Source: Chitinophagaceae bacterium
Lineage (GTDB): Bacteria; Bacteroidota; Bacteroidia; Chitinophagales; REEL01
Assembly (NCBI GenBank): GCA_007695095.1
Contig: REEL01000093.1
Span: 121 to 64,120 of the forward strand
DNA: 64,000 nucleotides
Direction: 5' to 3'
The position numbers and the translations under genes are program-made. How positions within the stretch are numbered: position 1 is the first letter of the stretch; each line of letters starts with the position of its first letter. Below are positions 26,792 through 38,321 of the stretch, piece by piece. The notes below the pieces were generated by a model. The model saw only the letters and a list, made by a program, of their open reading frames with translations. It was not told the DNA's origin and searched no databases.

Positions 26792-29212
26792 TTATTCCTT
26801 AATCAGCTTTCTGTAAAAAATCATATCGTCTACTAAGATTCGTAGGATATAAATTCCGCCGGCATGATTGGTAATATCAATGCTGTGGGTGTAATCTCCA
26901 ACAGCCTCTGTTTGCTGATGATAAATACGCTGTCCCATTGTGTTAAGGACTTCTAATTGGACATTACTTTTTAGATTTAAACTGATAGTGGCATTATAAA
27001 TACCATTAGCAGGGTTTGGATAAACACTTATAAAATCAGCATTTTGAAAATTCTCTATATTAGAACACTCATCTATAAAAGCGGTAACTTCAGAACGTTC
27101 AGTTGCGCAGCCCGGCTCCTGCACTTCCCAATCGTAGAAATAGTAATAATAATCATCGGCTGTGCCTGTATTCGTATTATTTCCGGTTATGCTGATTAAT
27201 CCGTTTATTTCATAAGGGTATACTGCTCCGGCATCATTTCGATATAAACTTACAGTATTTCCGGTTACTTTAATGAGGTAATCTTCTCCTGCTTGTAAAC
27301 TTGCGTCAATATCTACTCTGCTCTCTCCGGCGGGAATGAATTTTTGTTCTGAGTAAATAACTGATGAACCGGATAGTATCTGTATAGTACGATTTGCTGA
27401 TAAGTCTGAAAAAACTTTAACAGATTTTAAAGTTAAAGGACTATGAATATCAAAAAATAAACCCCATGAATCATTGGCTGTAAAGTAAGCACCGCTTGCA
27501 AATGTATTAATCGTTTCACTAAAAAATTGAGGGTCGGGTATATTTGAAGATTCTACATAAAAAGTAGTTGTTTCCGATAGGTTGGTTGTAAAGGTATTTC
27601 CTGTATTGACGATATTTCCACCAGTCGGTGCATCATACCATATTAATTCTTCTGTGCCACTTGCAGTCAGCGTAACTTCTCCGGGCTCACAACTTTCAGC
27701 ATCTGTAGTTTGCGGTTTCTCTATGATATCAACAACGATAAAGTTTTCCTGTAAAAGTTCATTTTCTCCAAAATCATTGGATGTGGTAAGGGTTATGGTA
27801 TATAGTCCGCTGTTTTGGTAAGTATGACTTGGGTTTTGTTGGGTTGAAGTCGTCCCATCACCAAAATCCCATTCCCAACTGGTAGGTGAGTTAAAGGAAT
27901 TATCTGTAAAATTAACAGTTCCGTCACAGGAAACTATTACATCAGTTAAAAAATTAGATACAGGAGCTATTAAGCAACCTGAACTCAAGCAAGTTCTCGA
28001 GTTTTTATGATTCGTAATTGAAGTAATTGTTTGCGGATGCCACTGATCATTAAGTGAACCAACGGATGGAGACATAACATAAACATTATTTGGAGAGTTG
28101 TTATCCGGTGCATGTCCGGCACCCCAGTTATGACCCATTTCATGAGCCTGAACCTGTATGAGACGCAGCATATTCGGTGTGAAATGCTGATTGGCGTTAT
28201 ATCTTGTATTAGTACATACTGAACCTACCCAGGCCAGTCCCACAGCACCACCGGCAAAGTTTTTATTCGTCCAGATAGATGCTAAGGCAAAAGATGTCCC
28301 AAATCCGCCATTATTTCCCCATGAAGTAAATTCACCTAAATAATCTCCAAAATCACCATTAAAAGCCCAGGGGTCAAGATTGACATTGCTTGAAATGAAA
28401 ATGGTAGCTATTTCATAACCAATGTTAATATCCGGATCTAAATACCGGTCCTCAACAATATTAAATATATCCAGTATTTCATTTTCAACATTCTGCACAT
28501 TTCCGAGTTTGCTCACCATTGAACCATCTGCAGCTATTGCAATACTGGCCAGCAAACATTCACCTCTGCTGCCTCTCATATTTTCTTGTTCAACACTCTC
28601 AAAATCCTCCGGTAATATCATGTTTTCAACTAAATCATGCGCTCCGCAAATGGCTTTGCCATCATCTATTACATTTTTGACATTGTAAACTACAAACCAA
28701 TCTGCCGGCGCATTTTCAACATATCTGCTGACAGGCTCTATAAAAAATTCATTGCCTTCTTTAGCTATCATTCCCAGGAAAACATCTTTACGTATAGATA
28801 ACCTGACTCTGCTATTTTTGTAGTTTGTAAGATTTCCAATGTAGGTAGAAGCCGGACTTGGTGGAAGCGTAATAATTCCTTCGTCTGTTTTTACACGTGT
28901 TTTGAAAGTTTTTTTTGCCCTTAAATCATTAAGCTCAATCGCTAAATTCCAGCTGAAAGAATTTTCTAACTCAAGATTAAATTCAATTATATTAGCTTGA
29001 AAACTATTGCTGTAATTATAAATTTCAGAAGTATTTAGTTCATAAATGCTGAATTTTTCGATTGATTTATTCAATTCATTTTCTTCTGTAAGGACATCTG
29101 TAATCTGTACTTGAGAAACTTCTTGTCCGAAAAAATAATTATCTGCACCAAAGGTATGTATAGATAAAAGAGATAAAAAAACAATAAAAATGTTGCCAAA
29201 GATTTTTTTCAT
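26792..29212 (-). CDS. Secreted zinc metalloprotease (reprolysin/M12B-like HExxHxxGxxH) with PKD domain and T9SS type A CTD
   Basis: 'QAHEMGHNWGAGH', the PKD signature 'WEWDFGDGTTSTQQNPSHTYQNSGLYTITLT', and the CTD 'SVYPNPANGIYN...GGIYILRI...RKLIKE'. Confidence 0.8.
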   Translation of the reverse strand: MKKIFGNIFIVFLSLLSIHTFGADNYFFGQEVSQVQITDVLTEENELNKSIEKFSIYELNTSEIYNYSNSFQANIIEFNLELENSFSWNLAIELNDLRAKKTFKTRVKTDEGIITLPPSPASTYIGNLTNYKNSRVRLSIRKDVFLGMIAKEGNEFFIEPVSRYVENAPADWFVVYNVKNVIDDGKAICGAHDLVENMILPEDFESVEQENMRGSRGECLLASIAIAADGSMVSKLGNVQNVENEILDIFNIVEDRYLDPDINIGYEIATIFISSNVNLDPWAFNGDFGDYLGEFTSWGNNGGFGTSFALASIWTNKNFAGGAVGLAWVGSVCTNTRYNANQHFTPNMLRLIQVQAHEMGHNWGAGHAPDNNSPNNVYVMSPSVGSLNDQWHPQTITSITNHKNSRTCLSSGCLIAPVSNFLTDVIVSCDGTVNFTDNSFNSPTSWEWDFGDGTTSTQQNPSHTYQNSGLYTITLTTSNDFGENELLQENFIVVDIIEKPQTTDAESCEPGEVTLTASGTEELIWYDAPTGGNIVNTGNTFTTNLSETTTFYVESSNIPDPQFFSETINTFASGAYFTANDSWGLFFDIHSPLTLKSVKVFSDLSANRTIQILSGSSVIYSEQKFIPAGESRVDIDASLQAGEDYLIKVTGNTVSLYRNDAGAVYPYEINGLISITGNNTNTGTADDYYYYFYDWEVQEPGCATERSEVTAFIDECSNIENFQNADFISVYPNPANGIYNATISLNLKSNVQLEVLNTMGQRIYHQQTEAVGDYTHSIDITNHAGGIYILRILVDDMIFYRKLIKE

Positions 29213-29630
29213 TTAGAATAATTTTAACCATAAATTTAAAAAAAAAACGGATAAAATCATAGAAAAATTTCACTAATCGTGATTCTAAAGTTTAGATATC
29301 AACTTGTTTTATAGTAGTTGTATTAGTTAAGTGAAATTTTGAAAAATTTTTTATAGTTAAAAATAAATTTTATAAATAGCTGAATATTAAAAATTTAATT
29401 TCGGGGTTGTTGTATAAATATAAAATCTATTTTTTAAAAAGAAAGAAAAGATTAATTAGATAGACTTAGACCACACTTAATTTTTTAAAAATATTTAGTT
29501 TTACAAAAAAGAGAATTTTTTCAAATTGAAAATCGTATTTTTATATTTTACTTATAGAATATTAAGTTCTTAATAGTTGTTAAAGCCGGCTTATGAATTT
29601 AATAAAGTAGGTTATTATTTTGTCAAAATC

Positions 29631-30065
29631 ATGAATATCAAATCAGTGAATCATTTAAAAATAATTTTTTTAGGGATAATAGGATTTATGTTAATTCTGC
29701 CTTCATGTTCTCCATATGAAGAAGGGCCTGCATTGAGTTTGAGAACAAAGAAAAACAGGATTACAAACACATGGCAAATAGATTCTTTATTTATAAATGA
29801 AATTTACCGACCTGAATTAAAGGATAGCTTTACTTTAGATATTGAAAGAGAAGGTGAGTTTTTATGGACAGAATCCGGTATTTATATGCCCGGAATGTGG
29901 GCTTTTGATCAGAACAATGGCCTGATATTAGTTTTTAAAACGGACAATTTGATTAACCAGACTAAATACTGGGAAATTATGAGGTTAGCAAGGACAGAAT
30001 TTTGGATAGAAGAAGTAAAACCGGATTATTTTACCCGAATTCAGTTCGTTCCTCTCGAAAATTAA
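29631..30065 (+). CDS. Hypothetical lipoprotein
   Basis: ATG 29631 gives 'MNIKSVNHLKIIFLGIIGFMLILPSCS' (lipobox). The ORF-track start at 29577 is TTG, upstream in AT-rich DNA. Confidence 0.55.
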   Translation: MNIKSVNHLKIIFLGIIGFMLILPSCSPYEEGPALSLRTKKNRITNTWQIDSLFINEIYRPELKDSFTLDIEREGEFLWTESGIYMPGMWAFDQNNGLILVFKTDNLINQTKYWEIMRLARTEFWIEEVKPDYFTRIQFVPLEN

Positions 30066-30076
30066 TACTTCAGTTT

Positions 30077-31312
30077 TTAAGCAGCTTTTAGCTTCTTAAT
30101 ATTAGACTTGTTAAATTTTTCTTTTGCATAATCAACCGAAACCTTTAGTTCGGTTACACCTTCAGAAGAGGGTAATTCAAACATTGCATCCAGTATAATT
30201 GCTTCGCAAATAGATCGGAGTCCGCGGGCACCTAATTTGTACTCCACAGCTTTTTCAACGATAAAGTCCAGCGCTTCATCTTCAAATTCAAGCTTGATAT
30301 TTTCAATTTCAAATAGTTTCTGATATTGTTTTACCAGAGCATTTTTAGGTTCAATTAGAATTTGTTTGAGTGTTTTTGCATTCAGTGGCTCTAAATATGT
30401 CAGAACCGGCAAACGACCGATTAACTCAGGGATTAAGCCAAAAGCCTTTAAATCCTGTGGTCCTATATACTGTAAAAGATTTTCCTTATCTACTTCTATT
30501 TTGTCATTATCGGCTTTACTGAAGCCAATGACCTGAGCCTGCATTCTTTTAGCTATATGCTTTTGAATACCATCGAAGGCTCCGCCACAAATGAATAAGA
30601 TATTTTGGGTATTTATTTTTATCATTTTCTGGTCAGGATGCTTACGTCCTCCCTGAGGCGGCACAAAGACTTCTGTTCCTTCCAGCAACTTTAATATAGA
30701 TTGTTGAACTCCTTCTCCACTCACATCTCTGGTTATGGAAGGATTATCGCCTTTTCTGGCAATTTTATCTATTTCATCTATGTAAACGATACCTTTTTCT
30801 GCAGCTTTAACATCATAATTACATACCTGTAACAGGCGGGTTAAAATACTTTCAACGTCTTCACCCACATATCCGGCCTCTGTAAATACAGTTGCATCCA
30901 CAATGGTAAAAGGAACATTCAGGAAGCGGGCGATAGTTTTTGCTAAAAGTGTTTTCCCGGTTCCGGTTTCACCTACCATTAAAATGTTAGATTTTTCAAT
31001 TTCCACATCATCAGTTACCTGTTGGCTTAATCTTTTGTAGTGGTTATAAACAGAGACTGCTAATACTTTTTTAGCCTCTTCCTGCCCAATCACATATTTC
31101 TTCAGAAAATCAACAATTCCGAAAGGTTTTAGGGTTTTACCCATACTGAAAGAATATGCTTTTCCATGAGGACTTAATTCTTCATCTATGATTTGCTGAG
31201 CCTGAACAACACAGTTTTCACAAATAAATCCGTCGATGCCGGCAATTAAAATGGCAACTTCTTCTCTTTTTCTTCCGCAAAAAGAACATTTGTTCCCTTT
31301 ATCGTTTTTCAT
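30077..31312 (-). CDS. clpX: ATP-dependent Clp protease ATP-binding subunit ClpX
   Basis: Zinc finger '[10 protein letters not shown]...ICENC', Walker A '[11 protein letters not shown]', 'VYIDEIDK' and 'GARGLRS'. Confidence 0.95.
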   Translation of the reverse strand: MKNDKGNKCSFCGRKREEVAILIAGIDGFICENCVVQAQQIIDEELSPHGKAYSFSMGKTLKPFGIVDFLKKYVIGQEEAKKVLAVSVYNHYKRLSQQVTDDVEIEKSNILMVGETGTGKTLLAKTIARFLNVPFTIVDATVFTEAGYVGEDVESILTRLLQVCNYDVKAAEKGIVYIDEIDKIARKGDNPSITRDVSGEGVQQSILKLLEGTEVFVPPQGGRKHPDQKMIKINTQNILFICGGAFDGIQKHIAKRMQAQVIGFSKADNDKIEVDKENLLQYIGPQDLKAFGLIPELIGRLPVLTYLEPLNAKTLKQILIEPKNALVKQYQKLFEIENIKLEFEDEALDFIVEKAVEYKLGARGLRSICEAIILDAMFELPSSEGVTELKVSVDYAKEKFNKSNIKKLKAA

Positions 31313-31487
31313 ATTTCAATTTTTAAAGCAAAAGCATCAGACAAAACTTTTTATAAAAAAAGACAACTGAAAGACACTTTTTAAAGTTCACGTCAATTTA
31401 AGAAACTCTCTATGTTGAGAATTATTACATAACAAAATGTAATATAACATTAAAAAAGCTAACCTGCAAACAAATTACGCAGATTGA

Positions 31488-32174
31488 TTAATCTGATTTT
31501 CTTTCGTTTCTTACAAGAACTTCATCAATCATACCGTATTCTTTCGCCTCTTTGGCTACCATCCAGTAATCTCTGTCAGAATCTTTTTCAATTTTATCAT
31601 AGCTTTTTCCACTATGCTTACTTATAATATCGTACAATTCTTTTTTCAGGAGTTGTATTTGCTTATGCGTAATTTCAATATCTGTTGCTTGTCCCTGAGC
31701 TCCACCCATTGGCTGGTGAATCATAACTCTGCTATGGGTTAGTGCTGTTCTTTTTCCGGGATGACCGGCACAAAGTAAAACGGCAGCCATAGAAGCAGCT
31801 ATCCCGGTGCAAATTGTTGCCACATCCGGTTTGATATACTGCATAGTGTCATAAATTCCAAGACCGGCATATACCATACCTCCCGGGCTGTTGATATAAA
31901 TCTGTATATCTCTTTTGGGATCTGTAGACTCCAGATATAACAGCTGAGCCTGAATCACATTGGCTACATAATCATTGATAGGTAAGCCTAAAAATATGAT
32001 TCTGTCCATCATTAATCTTGAAAAAACATCAATAGAAGTTGCGTTCATTGGACGTTCTTCAATAATTGCCGGGGTGAAGTTTGTAATGGATGATTCTATC
32101 ATCGCATCCAGATATAAGCTGTTAATACCCTGATCTTTAACAGCAAACTTTTTAAAATCCTCTTTGAAATTCAT
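31488..32174 (-). CDS. clpP: ATP-dependent Clp protease proteolytic subunit ClpP
   Basis: 'DVFSRLMMDRIIFLG', catalytic 'GIAASMAA' and 'RVMIHQPMGG'. Confidence 0.95.
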   Translation of the reverse strand: MNFKEDFKKFAVKDQGINSLYLDAMIESSITNFTPAIIEERPMNATSIDVFSRLMMDRIIFLGLPINDYVANVIQAQLLYLESTDPKRDIQIYINSPGGMVYAGLGIYDTMQYIKPDVATICTGIAASMAAVLLCAGHPGKRTALTHSRVMIHQPMGGAQGQATDIEITHKQIQLLKKELYDIISKHSGKSYDKIEKDSDRDYWMVAKEAKEYGMIDEVLVRNERKSD

Positions 32175-33552
32175 CGTTTAAATTTTTACTTATTTCTTCA
32201 AATTGTTTCGAAGTTACTTCTTTTTCTTCTACCTTAATCTTGTTTTGCAGAAAATCCATTATTTTAAAATTCATGGCATCTTCTATAGCTTTTTTGCGAC
32301 TTTGTTCTTCTTTTAAAGATTTTTCTACCCATTCATCAAGAAATGGTGCATCTGCGTAGCTTTCAGGAAGATTCATTGACTGCAATAAACCGCTTTTAGC
32401 TGCAAATTTCACATCTTCTTCCGTAACATTCAGCTCATTCTCTTTTAAAATCTTTCCTTTAATCAGCTCCCACTTAATACCGGATAATTCGTTTTTAATA
32501 CGTTCTTCAGTTATTTCTGTTTCCTGTGCATCTTCATTTTCTTTATTCATCTGTTGAAGATACTTTTCAATGAATTTTTCAGGTAAAGGAATATCAGTAG
32601 TTTTCAATAATTCCAACTGCAGATTTAACGAACGGAATTTTTTCGTTTCATTATCATAAACTCTTTGAATGTCTTCTGTCAGCTGTTTTCTGAAATCTTC
32701 TTCAGTTTCAATGTTTTTATCAGGAAAAAGTTTATCAAATAGAGTTTTATCTAAAGGAACGGCTTCTTTTCTTTCAATTTTATTTAAGGTAATTTTAAAG
32801 AATTGGCTGACTTCCTCTGCCGGTTTTTCAGTTTGAAAAAGATTTTTTACGATGTCCTCCTTAGGCTTATCTATTGCTTTTGGAAAGTCTATCACGATGG
32901 ACTCTCCGGCTTTCAGCTTATTGATTTTTTTCAGACTTTCTTCATCTTTAAAGAAGTCGTAAGTAAGCCTTGCATTTTCTTTTATTCCACCTTCAACAGC
33001 TTCTTCTTTTTCAGTAACTTCCTCAGCTTCAAAATCTAAAATGTCATCACTTAGATAAGAATCCACTTCTTTTAGTTCTTTAGCTTCTCCATTTTGTTTT
33101 CTGATACGCTCAATTTCTTTATTCAGAATCTCGTCGTCAACCTGAATCTTATAGTGAGGTACACTTTTATCATCTTTTAACAGAGGAGCTTCAAAATCTT
33201 CGAAATAGCCGATATAAAACTTAAAATTATGACCTTGAAGATTGTTTGGGTCTAAGCTCTCGAGATTATGTTCCTCTAAAAAAGGCTTTCCGATAATGTT
33301 CCAGTTTTGCTCTTTGGAGTAATCCATTACTTTCTCGGATGCTAAATTTAATAGTTGTTCACTCAGGATTTGTTTTCCATACATCTTTTTGATTACTCCG
33401 GAGGGCACTTTCCCTTTTCTGAACCCTTTAATATCGACTTGTTTAGAATATTTGTTTAATTCTTTTTTAAAGTCATTAACATAGTCATCGGGTTGTAGTT
33501 CTAACTGTATATACCCGTCTAATTTTTCTCCCTGCTCAAATGAAATGTTCAC
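32152..33552 (-). CDS. tig: Trigger factor
   Basis: 'VNISFEQGEKLDGYIQLEL...DIKGFRKGKVP' aligns to the Tig N-terminus, so the start is GTG at 33552. The ORF-track N-terminal extension runs through the tRNA-Leu gene and is spurious. The 3' end overlaps clpP by 23 nt. Confidence 0.9.
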   Translation of the reverse strand: MNISFEQGEKLDGYIQLELQPDDYVNDFKKELNKYSKQVDIKGFRKGKVPSGVIKKMYGKQILSEQLLNLASEKVMDYSKEQNWNIIGKPFLEEHNLESLDPNNLQGHNFKFYIGYFEDFEAPLLKDDKSVPHYKIQVDDEILNKEIERIRKQNGEAKELKEVDSYLSDDILDFEAEEVTEKEEAVEGGIKENARLTYDFFKDEESLKKINKLKAGESIVIDFPKAIDKPKEDIVKNLFQTEKPAEEVSQFFKITLNKIERKEAVPLDKTLFDKLFPDKNIETEEDFRKQLTEDIQRVYDNETKKFRSLNLQLELLKTTDIPLPEKFIEKYLQQMNKENEDAQETEITEERIKNELSGIKWELIKGKILKENELNVTEEDVKFAAKSGLLQSMNLPESYADAPFLDEWVEKSLKEEQSRKKAIEDAMNFKIMDFLQNKIKVEEKEVTSKQFEEISKNLNDEFQRGF

Positions 33553-33582
33553 GTTTTTAAAAATTTTTATTAGTAAATAAAC

Positions 33583-33616
33583 AAAAAAAGCTCCCCTTTT
33601 GATGGGAAGCTTTTTC
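33583..33616 (-). terminator. Hairpin plus T-tract terminator candidate downstream of tRNA-Leu
   Basis: On the minus strand: AAAAAGCTTCCC-ATCAAAA-GGGGAGCTTTTTTT, an imperfect 8-bp stem followed by a T-run, lying between the tRNA 3' end and the tig start. Confidence 0.5.
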
Positions 33617-33626
33617 AATTGGGGTG

Positions 33627-33708
33627 TGCGGATGGAGGGACTCGAACCCCCACGCCTAACGGCACTAGATCCTAAGTCTAGCGCGGCTACCAATTACGCC
33701 ACATCCGC
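33627..33708 (-). tRNA. tRNA-Leu (anticodon TAG), long variable arm
   Basis: Reverse complement: GCGGATG-TG-GCGTAATTGGTAGCCGC-GCTAGA-CTTAGGA-TCTAGT-GCCGTTAGGCGT-GGGGGTTCGAGTCCCTCC-ATCCGC-A. Confidence 0.9.
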
Positions 33709-33811
33709 GAAATAGGACACAAAGATACAATTTTTCTATAAAAACAAAATAACTTCTTTGAATTTATACTACTTTTTCTTTGTTTAGTGTATTAATTGAT
33801 AAAACAGGATT

Positions 33812-36034
33812 TTGAAAACACATATAATAGATAGCGAGCAAGAGAATAAGCTGATTTTAAAGGAGTATCGGTCGATGTTGCGATGCATCCAGCAAAAGCT
33901 TACAAAAAGTGACAGACGCTTTATACGTCTGGCTTTTGAGATGGCTGTTGATGCTCATAAAGATATGCGAAGAAAGTCAGGAGAGCCTTATATACTCCAT
34001 CCTCTAGCAGTAGCACAAATAGTAGCAAAGGAAATTGGTTTGGGTTCAACGGCAGTTATTTGCGCATTGCTTCACGATGTGGTAGAAGATACTGAGTTAA
34101 CATTGGAGGATATTGAAAGAGAGTTTGGAAAAAAAATTGCGAAGATAATTGATGGTTTAACAAAAATATCCGGTGTACTGGATTTGTCCAGTAGCCTGCA
34201 GGCAGAAAATTTTCGAAAACTGTTGCTTACATTAACTGATGATGTGCGGGTTATATTAATTAAAATGGCCGACAGACTTCATAATATGAGAACGCTGGAT
34301 TCTGTACCCAGACACAAACAGTTAAAAATAGCTTCTGAAACCAGTTATTTATATGCTCCTCTGGCCCATAGATTAGGGCTTTATGCTATTAAAACAGAGT
34401 TAGAAGATTTATCTTTAAAATTTACAGAAAGAGAAGTTTACCGCGAAATTGCAACCAAACTAAATCAGACTAAAAGGGAAAGGTCCAAATATATAAATGA
34501 GTTTATAAAACCGCTTAAAGACGGATTGGTAGAGAACACTAATCTGGATTTTGAAATATACGGTCGTCCCAAATCTATACATTCTATTTATAGTAAAATG
34601 AAAAGTAAATCAGTGACTTTTGAGGAGGTCTATGATTTGTTTGCCATACGCGTGATTTTAGATTCTCCACCAGAAAGAGAGAAATCTGATTGCTGGAATG
34701 TATACTCTAAAGTTACAGATATTTACAGACCCAATCCGGATAGGTTGAGGGATTGGATTTCGACTCCTAAGGCAAATGGTTACGAAGCCTTACATACAAC
34801 AGTTATGGGCCCTAAAGGTCGTTGGGTTGAAGTACAAATCAGGACAAAACGCATGAATGAAATAGCGGAGAAAGGCTATGCTGCCCATTGGAAATATAAG
34901 GAAGGCGCTGTGGAAAGCAGAGATAGTTCATTAGATGACTGGTTGTTGAGAATTCGGGAAATTTTACAAAATCAGGATTCAAACGCATTAGATTTTATTA
35001 ATGATTTTAAGTTAAATTTATATTCTGATGAAATTTATGTATTTACCCCTCAGGGAGATTTGAAAATGCTTCCGAAAAGTGCTACTGCTTTAGATTTTGC
35101 CTTTGAGATTCATACAGATTTAGGGGTTAAGTGTATAGGCGCTAAAGTAAATCATAAACTGGTACCACTGAGTTATGAATTAAGCAATGGGGATCAGGTA
35201 GAAATCATTACATCTAAAAAGCAAAAACCCAACGAAGACTGGCTGAATTTTGTGGTTACCGGTAAAGCCCGCTCAAAAATAAAGTCTTCATTAAAAGAAG
35301 AGAAAAGAACATTGGCAAAAATCGGAGAGGATTATTTTAATAAGAGGCTTAAGCAGTTAAAAGTTAAAAAAAATTCTTCTGTTATTCAGGAGTTTATGAG
35401 TTATTTCAAAATGACAAGTCCACTGGATTTTTATTATAATATTGCTATAGGAAGAATATCTAAAGCCAAGTTGGAAAGTTTAAAATACGAGAAAAATAAG
35501 CTGATAGATCCTGAGGTAAAAGAAAAAGCAAAGATAGATGAAGTTCCAAAAGAAGTGTCTAAAGCGAAAATTGACAAGCATACTGAATTGTTGATTTTCG
35601 ATGAATCAGCAGATAAAATAGAATACAAATTTGCCAGTTGCTGCAAGCCTATCCCCGGCGATGATGTATTTGGCTTTATTACAATTAATGAAGGCATAAA
35701 AATTCACAAAACAAATTGCCCGAATGCAATTAAGCTTATGTCAAGCTATGGCCACCGTATTGTAAAGACAAAGTGGACCAAACAACAGGAAATTGCATTC
35801 CTTACTGAGCTTTTAATAAGTGGTATAGATGATATGGGTGTTATGAACAGAATGACCAGTATTATTTCCGGTGAATTGAAAATAAATATGAGAAGTATAT
35901 CGGTTGATAGCAAAGACGGTATTTTTGAAGGCAGGATTACTGTTTTTGTGAATGATACCGATCAATTAGAAGCACTCATTATCCGATTGAGAGAACTAGA
36001 AGGCGTACTTTCAGTTAGTCGTCGCGATTATTGA
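33812..36034 (+). CDS. Bifunctional (p)ppGpp synthetase/hydrolase, RelA/SpoT family
   Basis: HD domain 'HPLAVAQIV...LLHDVVEDT', synthetase 'GRPKSIHSIYSKM...YDLFAIRVI...ALHTTV', TGS 'VFTPQGDLKMLPKSATALDFA', and a C-terminal ACT-like region. The start codon is TTG. Confidence 0.9.
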   Translation: MKTHIIDSEQENKLILKEYRSMLRCIQQKLTKSDRRFIRLAFEMAVDAHKDMRRKSGEPYILHPLAVAQIVAKEIGLGSTAVICALLHDVVEDTELTLEDIEREFGKKIAKIIDGLTKISGVLDLSSSLQAENFRKLLLTLTDDVRVILIKMADRLHNMRTLDSVPRHKQLKIASETSYLYAPLAHRLGLYAIKTELEDLSLKFTEREVYREIATKLNQTKRERSKYINEFIKPLKDGLVENTNLDFEIYGRPKSIHSIYSKMKSKSVTFEEVYDLFAIRVILDSPPEREKSDCWNVYSKVTDIYRPNPDRLRDWISTPKANGYEALHTTVMGPKGRWVEVQIRTKRMNEIAEKGYAAHWKYKEGAVESRDSSLDDWLLRIREILQNQDSNALDFINDFKLNLYSDEIYVFTPQGDLKMLPKSATALDFAFEIHTDLGVKCIGAKVNHKLVPLSYELSNGDQVEIITSKKQKPNEDWLNFVVTGKARSKIKSSLKEEKRTLAKIGEDYFNKRLKQLKVKKNSSVIQEFMSYFKMTSPLDFYYNIAIGRISKAKLESLKYEKNKLIDPEVKEKAKIDEVPKEVSKAKIDKHTELLIFDESADKIEYKFASCCKPIPGDDVFGFITINEGIKIHKTNCPNAIKLMSSYGHRIVKTKWTKQQEIAFLTELLISGIDDMGVMNRMTSIISGELKINMRSISVDSKDGIFEGRITVFVNDTDQLEALIIRLRELEGVLSVSRRDY

Positions 36035-36058
36035 AAATTTAAAAATAAGGTAAGACTT

Positions 36059-36100
36059 TCAAAATACTTTGTTCCTGCTCATTTTTATAAAGTATTTTGA
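36059..36100 (+). terminator. Long-loop hairpin after the relA/spoT-family gene
   Basis: Perfect 12-bp inverted repeat tcaaaatacttt / aaagtattttga with an 18-nt loop, 25 nt after the stop codon. Confidence 0.4.
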
Positions 36101-36157
36101 ATTGAATGTTTACATACAGTAAAAAAAATCATGAATCTGTCTTAACTTTACATTCAA

Positions 36158-36628
36158 ATGGAAGATCAGAAAAAGGAGAAGATAGAAATCACCCGGGAAA
36201 TTTTATCGGAATACTTAGAGAAAAATAAGTTGCGTAAAACACCTGAGCGATTTGCTATTCTTCATGAAATCTATAACAGGAATGACCATTTTGATGCAGA
36301 AACTCTTTATAAGACAATGATTAACAAAGGGTTTAATGTTAGCCGGGCAACTGTTTACAATACACTTGACATACTGCTTGAGTGTGAATTAGTAGTCAGG
36401 CATCAATTTGGGAAAAGTCAGTCTGTGTACGAGAAATCATACGGATACAGGCAGCATGATCATTTAATTTGTTTAGATTGCGGCGTAGTTAAAGAGTTTT
36501 GTGACCCAAGAATACAGCAGATAGAGAATATGGTTGGAGAACTCATGCAGTTTGAAGTTGACCACCATTCTTTAACTTTATATGGAAAATGTACCAAAAT
36601 TGATTGTGAATTTAAAGCAATGAGTTAA
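36158..36628 (+). CDS. fur: Fur-family transcriptional regulator
   Basis: 'RKTPERFAIL', 'SRATVYNTLDIL' (wHTH) and 'HHDHLICLDCGVVKEF...C'. Confidence 0.85.
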   Translation: MEDQKKEKIEITREILSEYLEKNKLRKTPERFAILHEIYNRNDHFDAETLYKTMINKGFNVSRATVYNTLDILLECELVVRHQFGKSQSVYEKSYGYRQHDHLICLDCGVVKEFCDPRIQQIENMVGELMQFEVDHHSLTLYGKCTKIDCEFKAMS

Positions 36629-36639
36629 AACAAATTATT

Positions 36640-36981
36640 ATGGAAATATTAATTGAAAAAGCTGAAAACGTAAATGTTATAACTTTAAAAGGGAGCTTAT
36701 TGGCAGAAGTACAAAGCAGAGAACTTTTAGAGAAATTTCAGGCTTTGATAGCTGAAGGGGAAGTTAACTTTATTTTTGATTTAGGAGAGTTGGAGTTTAT
36801 AAATTCTTCCGGCCTGGGCTTGTTACTTACTTGTCTTACTAAGTCAAGAAAGGCAGGAGGGGAGGTCATTTTAGCGAATGTTCCGGGGCAGGTTAATAAT
36901 CTCCTTGTAATGACAAAGCTGAATAATATTTTTTACAATACGGATAATATTCCTGCTGCTCTCAAAAAGTTTGAAAAATAA
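36640..36981 (+). CDS. STAS-domain protein (anti-sigma-factor antagonist-like)
   Basis: 113 aa. 'FIFDLGELEFINSSGLGLLL' contains the conserved phosphorylatable-Ser region of SpoIIAA/RsbV-type STAS domains. Confidence 0.8.
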   Translation: MEILIEKAENVNVITLKGSLLAEVQSRELLEKFQALIAEGEVNFIFDLGELEFINSSGLGLLLTCLTKSRKAGGEVILANVPGQVNNLLVMTKLNNIFYNTDNIPAALKKFEK

Positions 36982-38277
<1,296 letters not shown>

Positions 38278-38321
38278 GTTTTTTTCTTTTTCTCAGTTTT
38301 TTCTTTCCTAAATTTGGTCTA

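Noticed and set aside
19555-29630. Possible genomic island integrated at tRNA-Met (long AT-rich spacers and accessory-looking secreted proteins)
   Set aside because: I could find no integrase, recombinase or transposase, and no direct repeat of the tRNA 3' end downstream. The gene content is typical Bacteroidota chromosomal secretome. The idea is not supportable from the sequence alone.
31424-31443. Small hairpin attacat-aacaaa-atgtaat between clpP and clpX
   Set aside because: It is only 7 bp and entirely AT-rich apart from one C/G pair, with no T-tract. This is too weak to call as a terminator or attenuator.
33553-33693. N-terminal extension of the trigger-factor ORF (513-aa version)
   Set aside because: The extension reads through the tRNA-Leu gene and its terminator hairpin. 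The Tig N-terminal homology begins exactly at the GTG at 33552.
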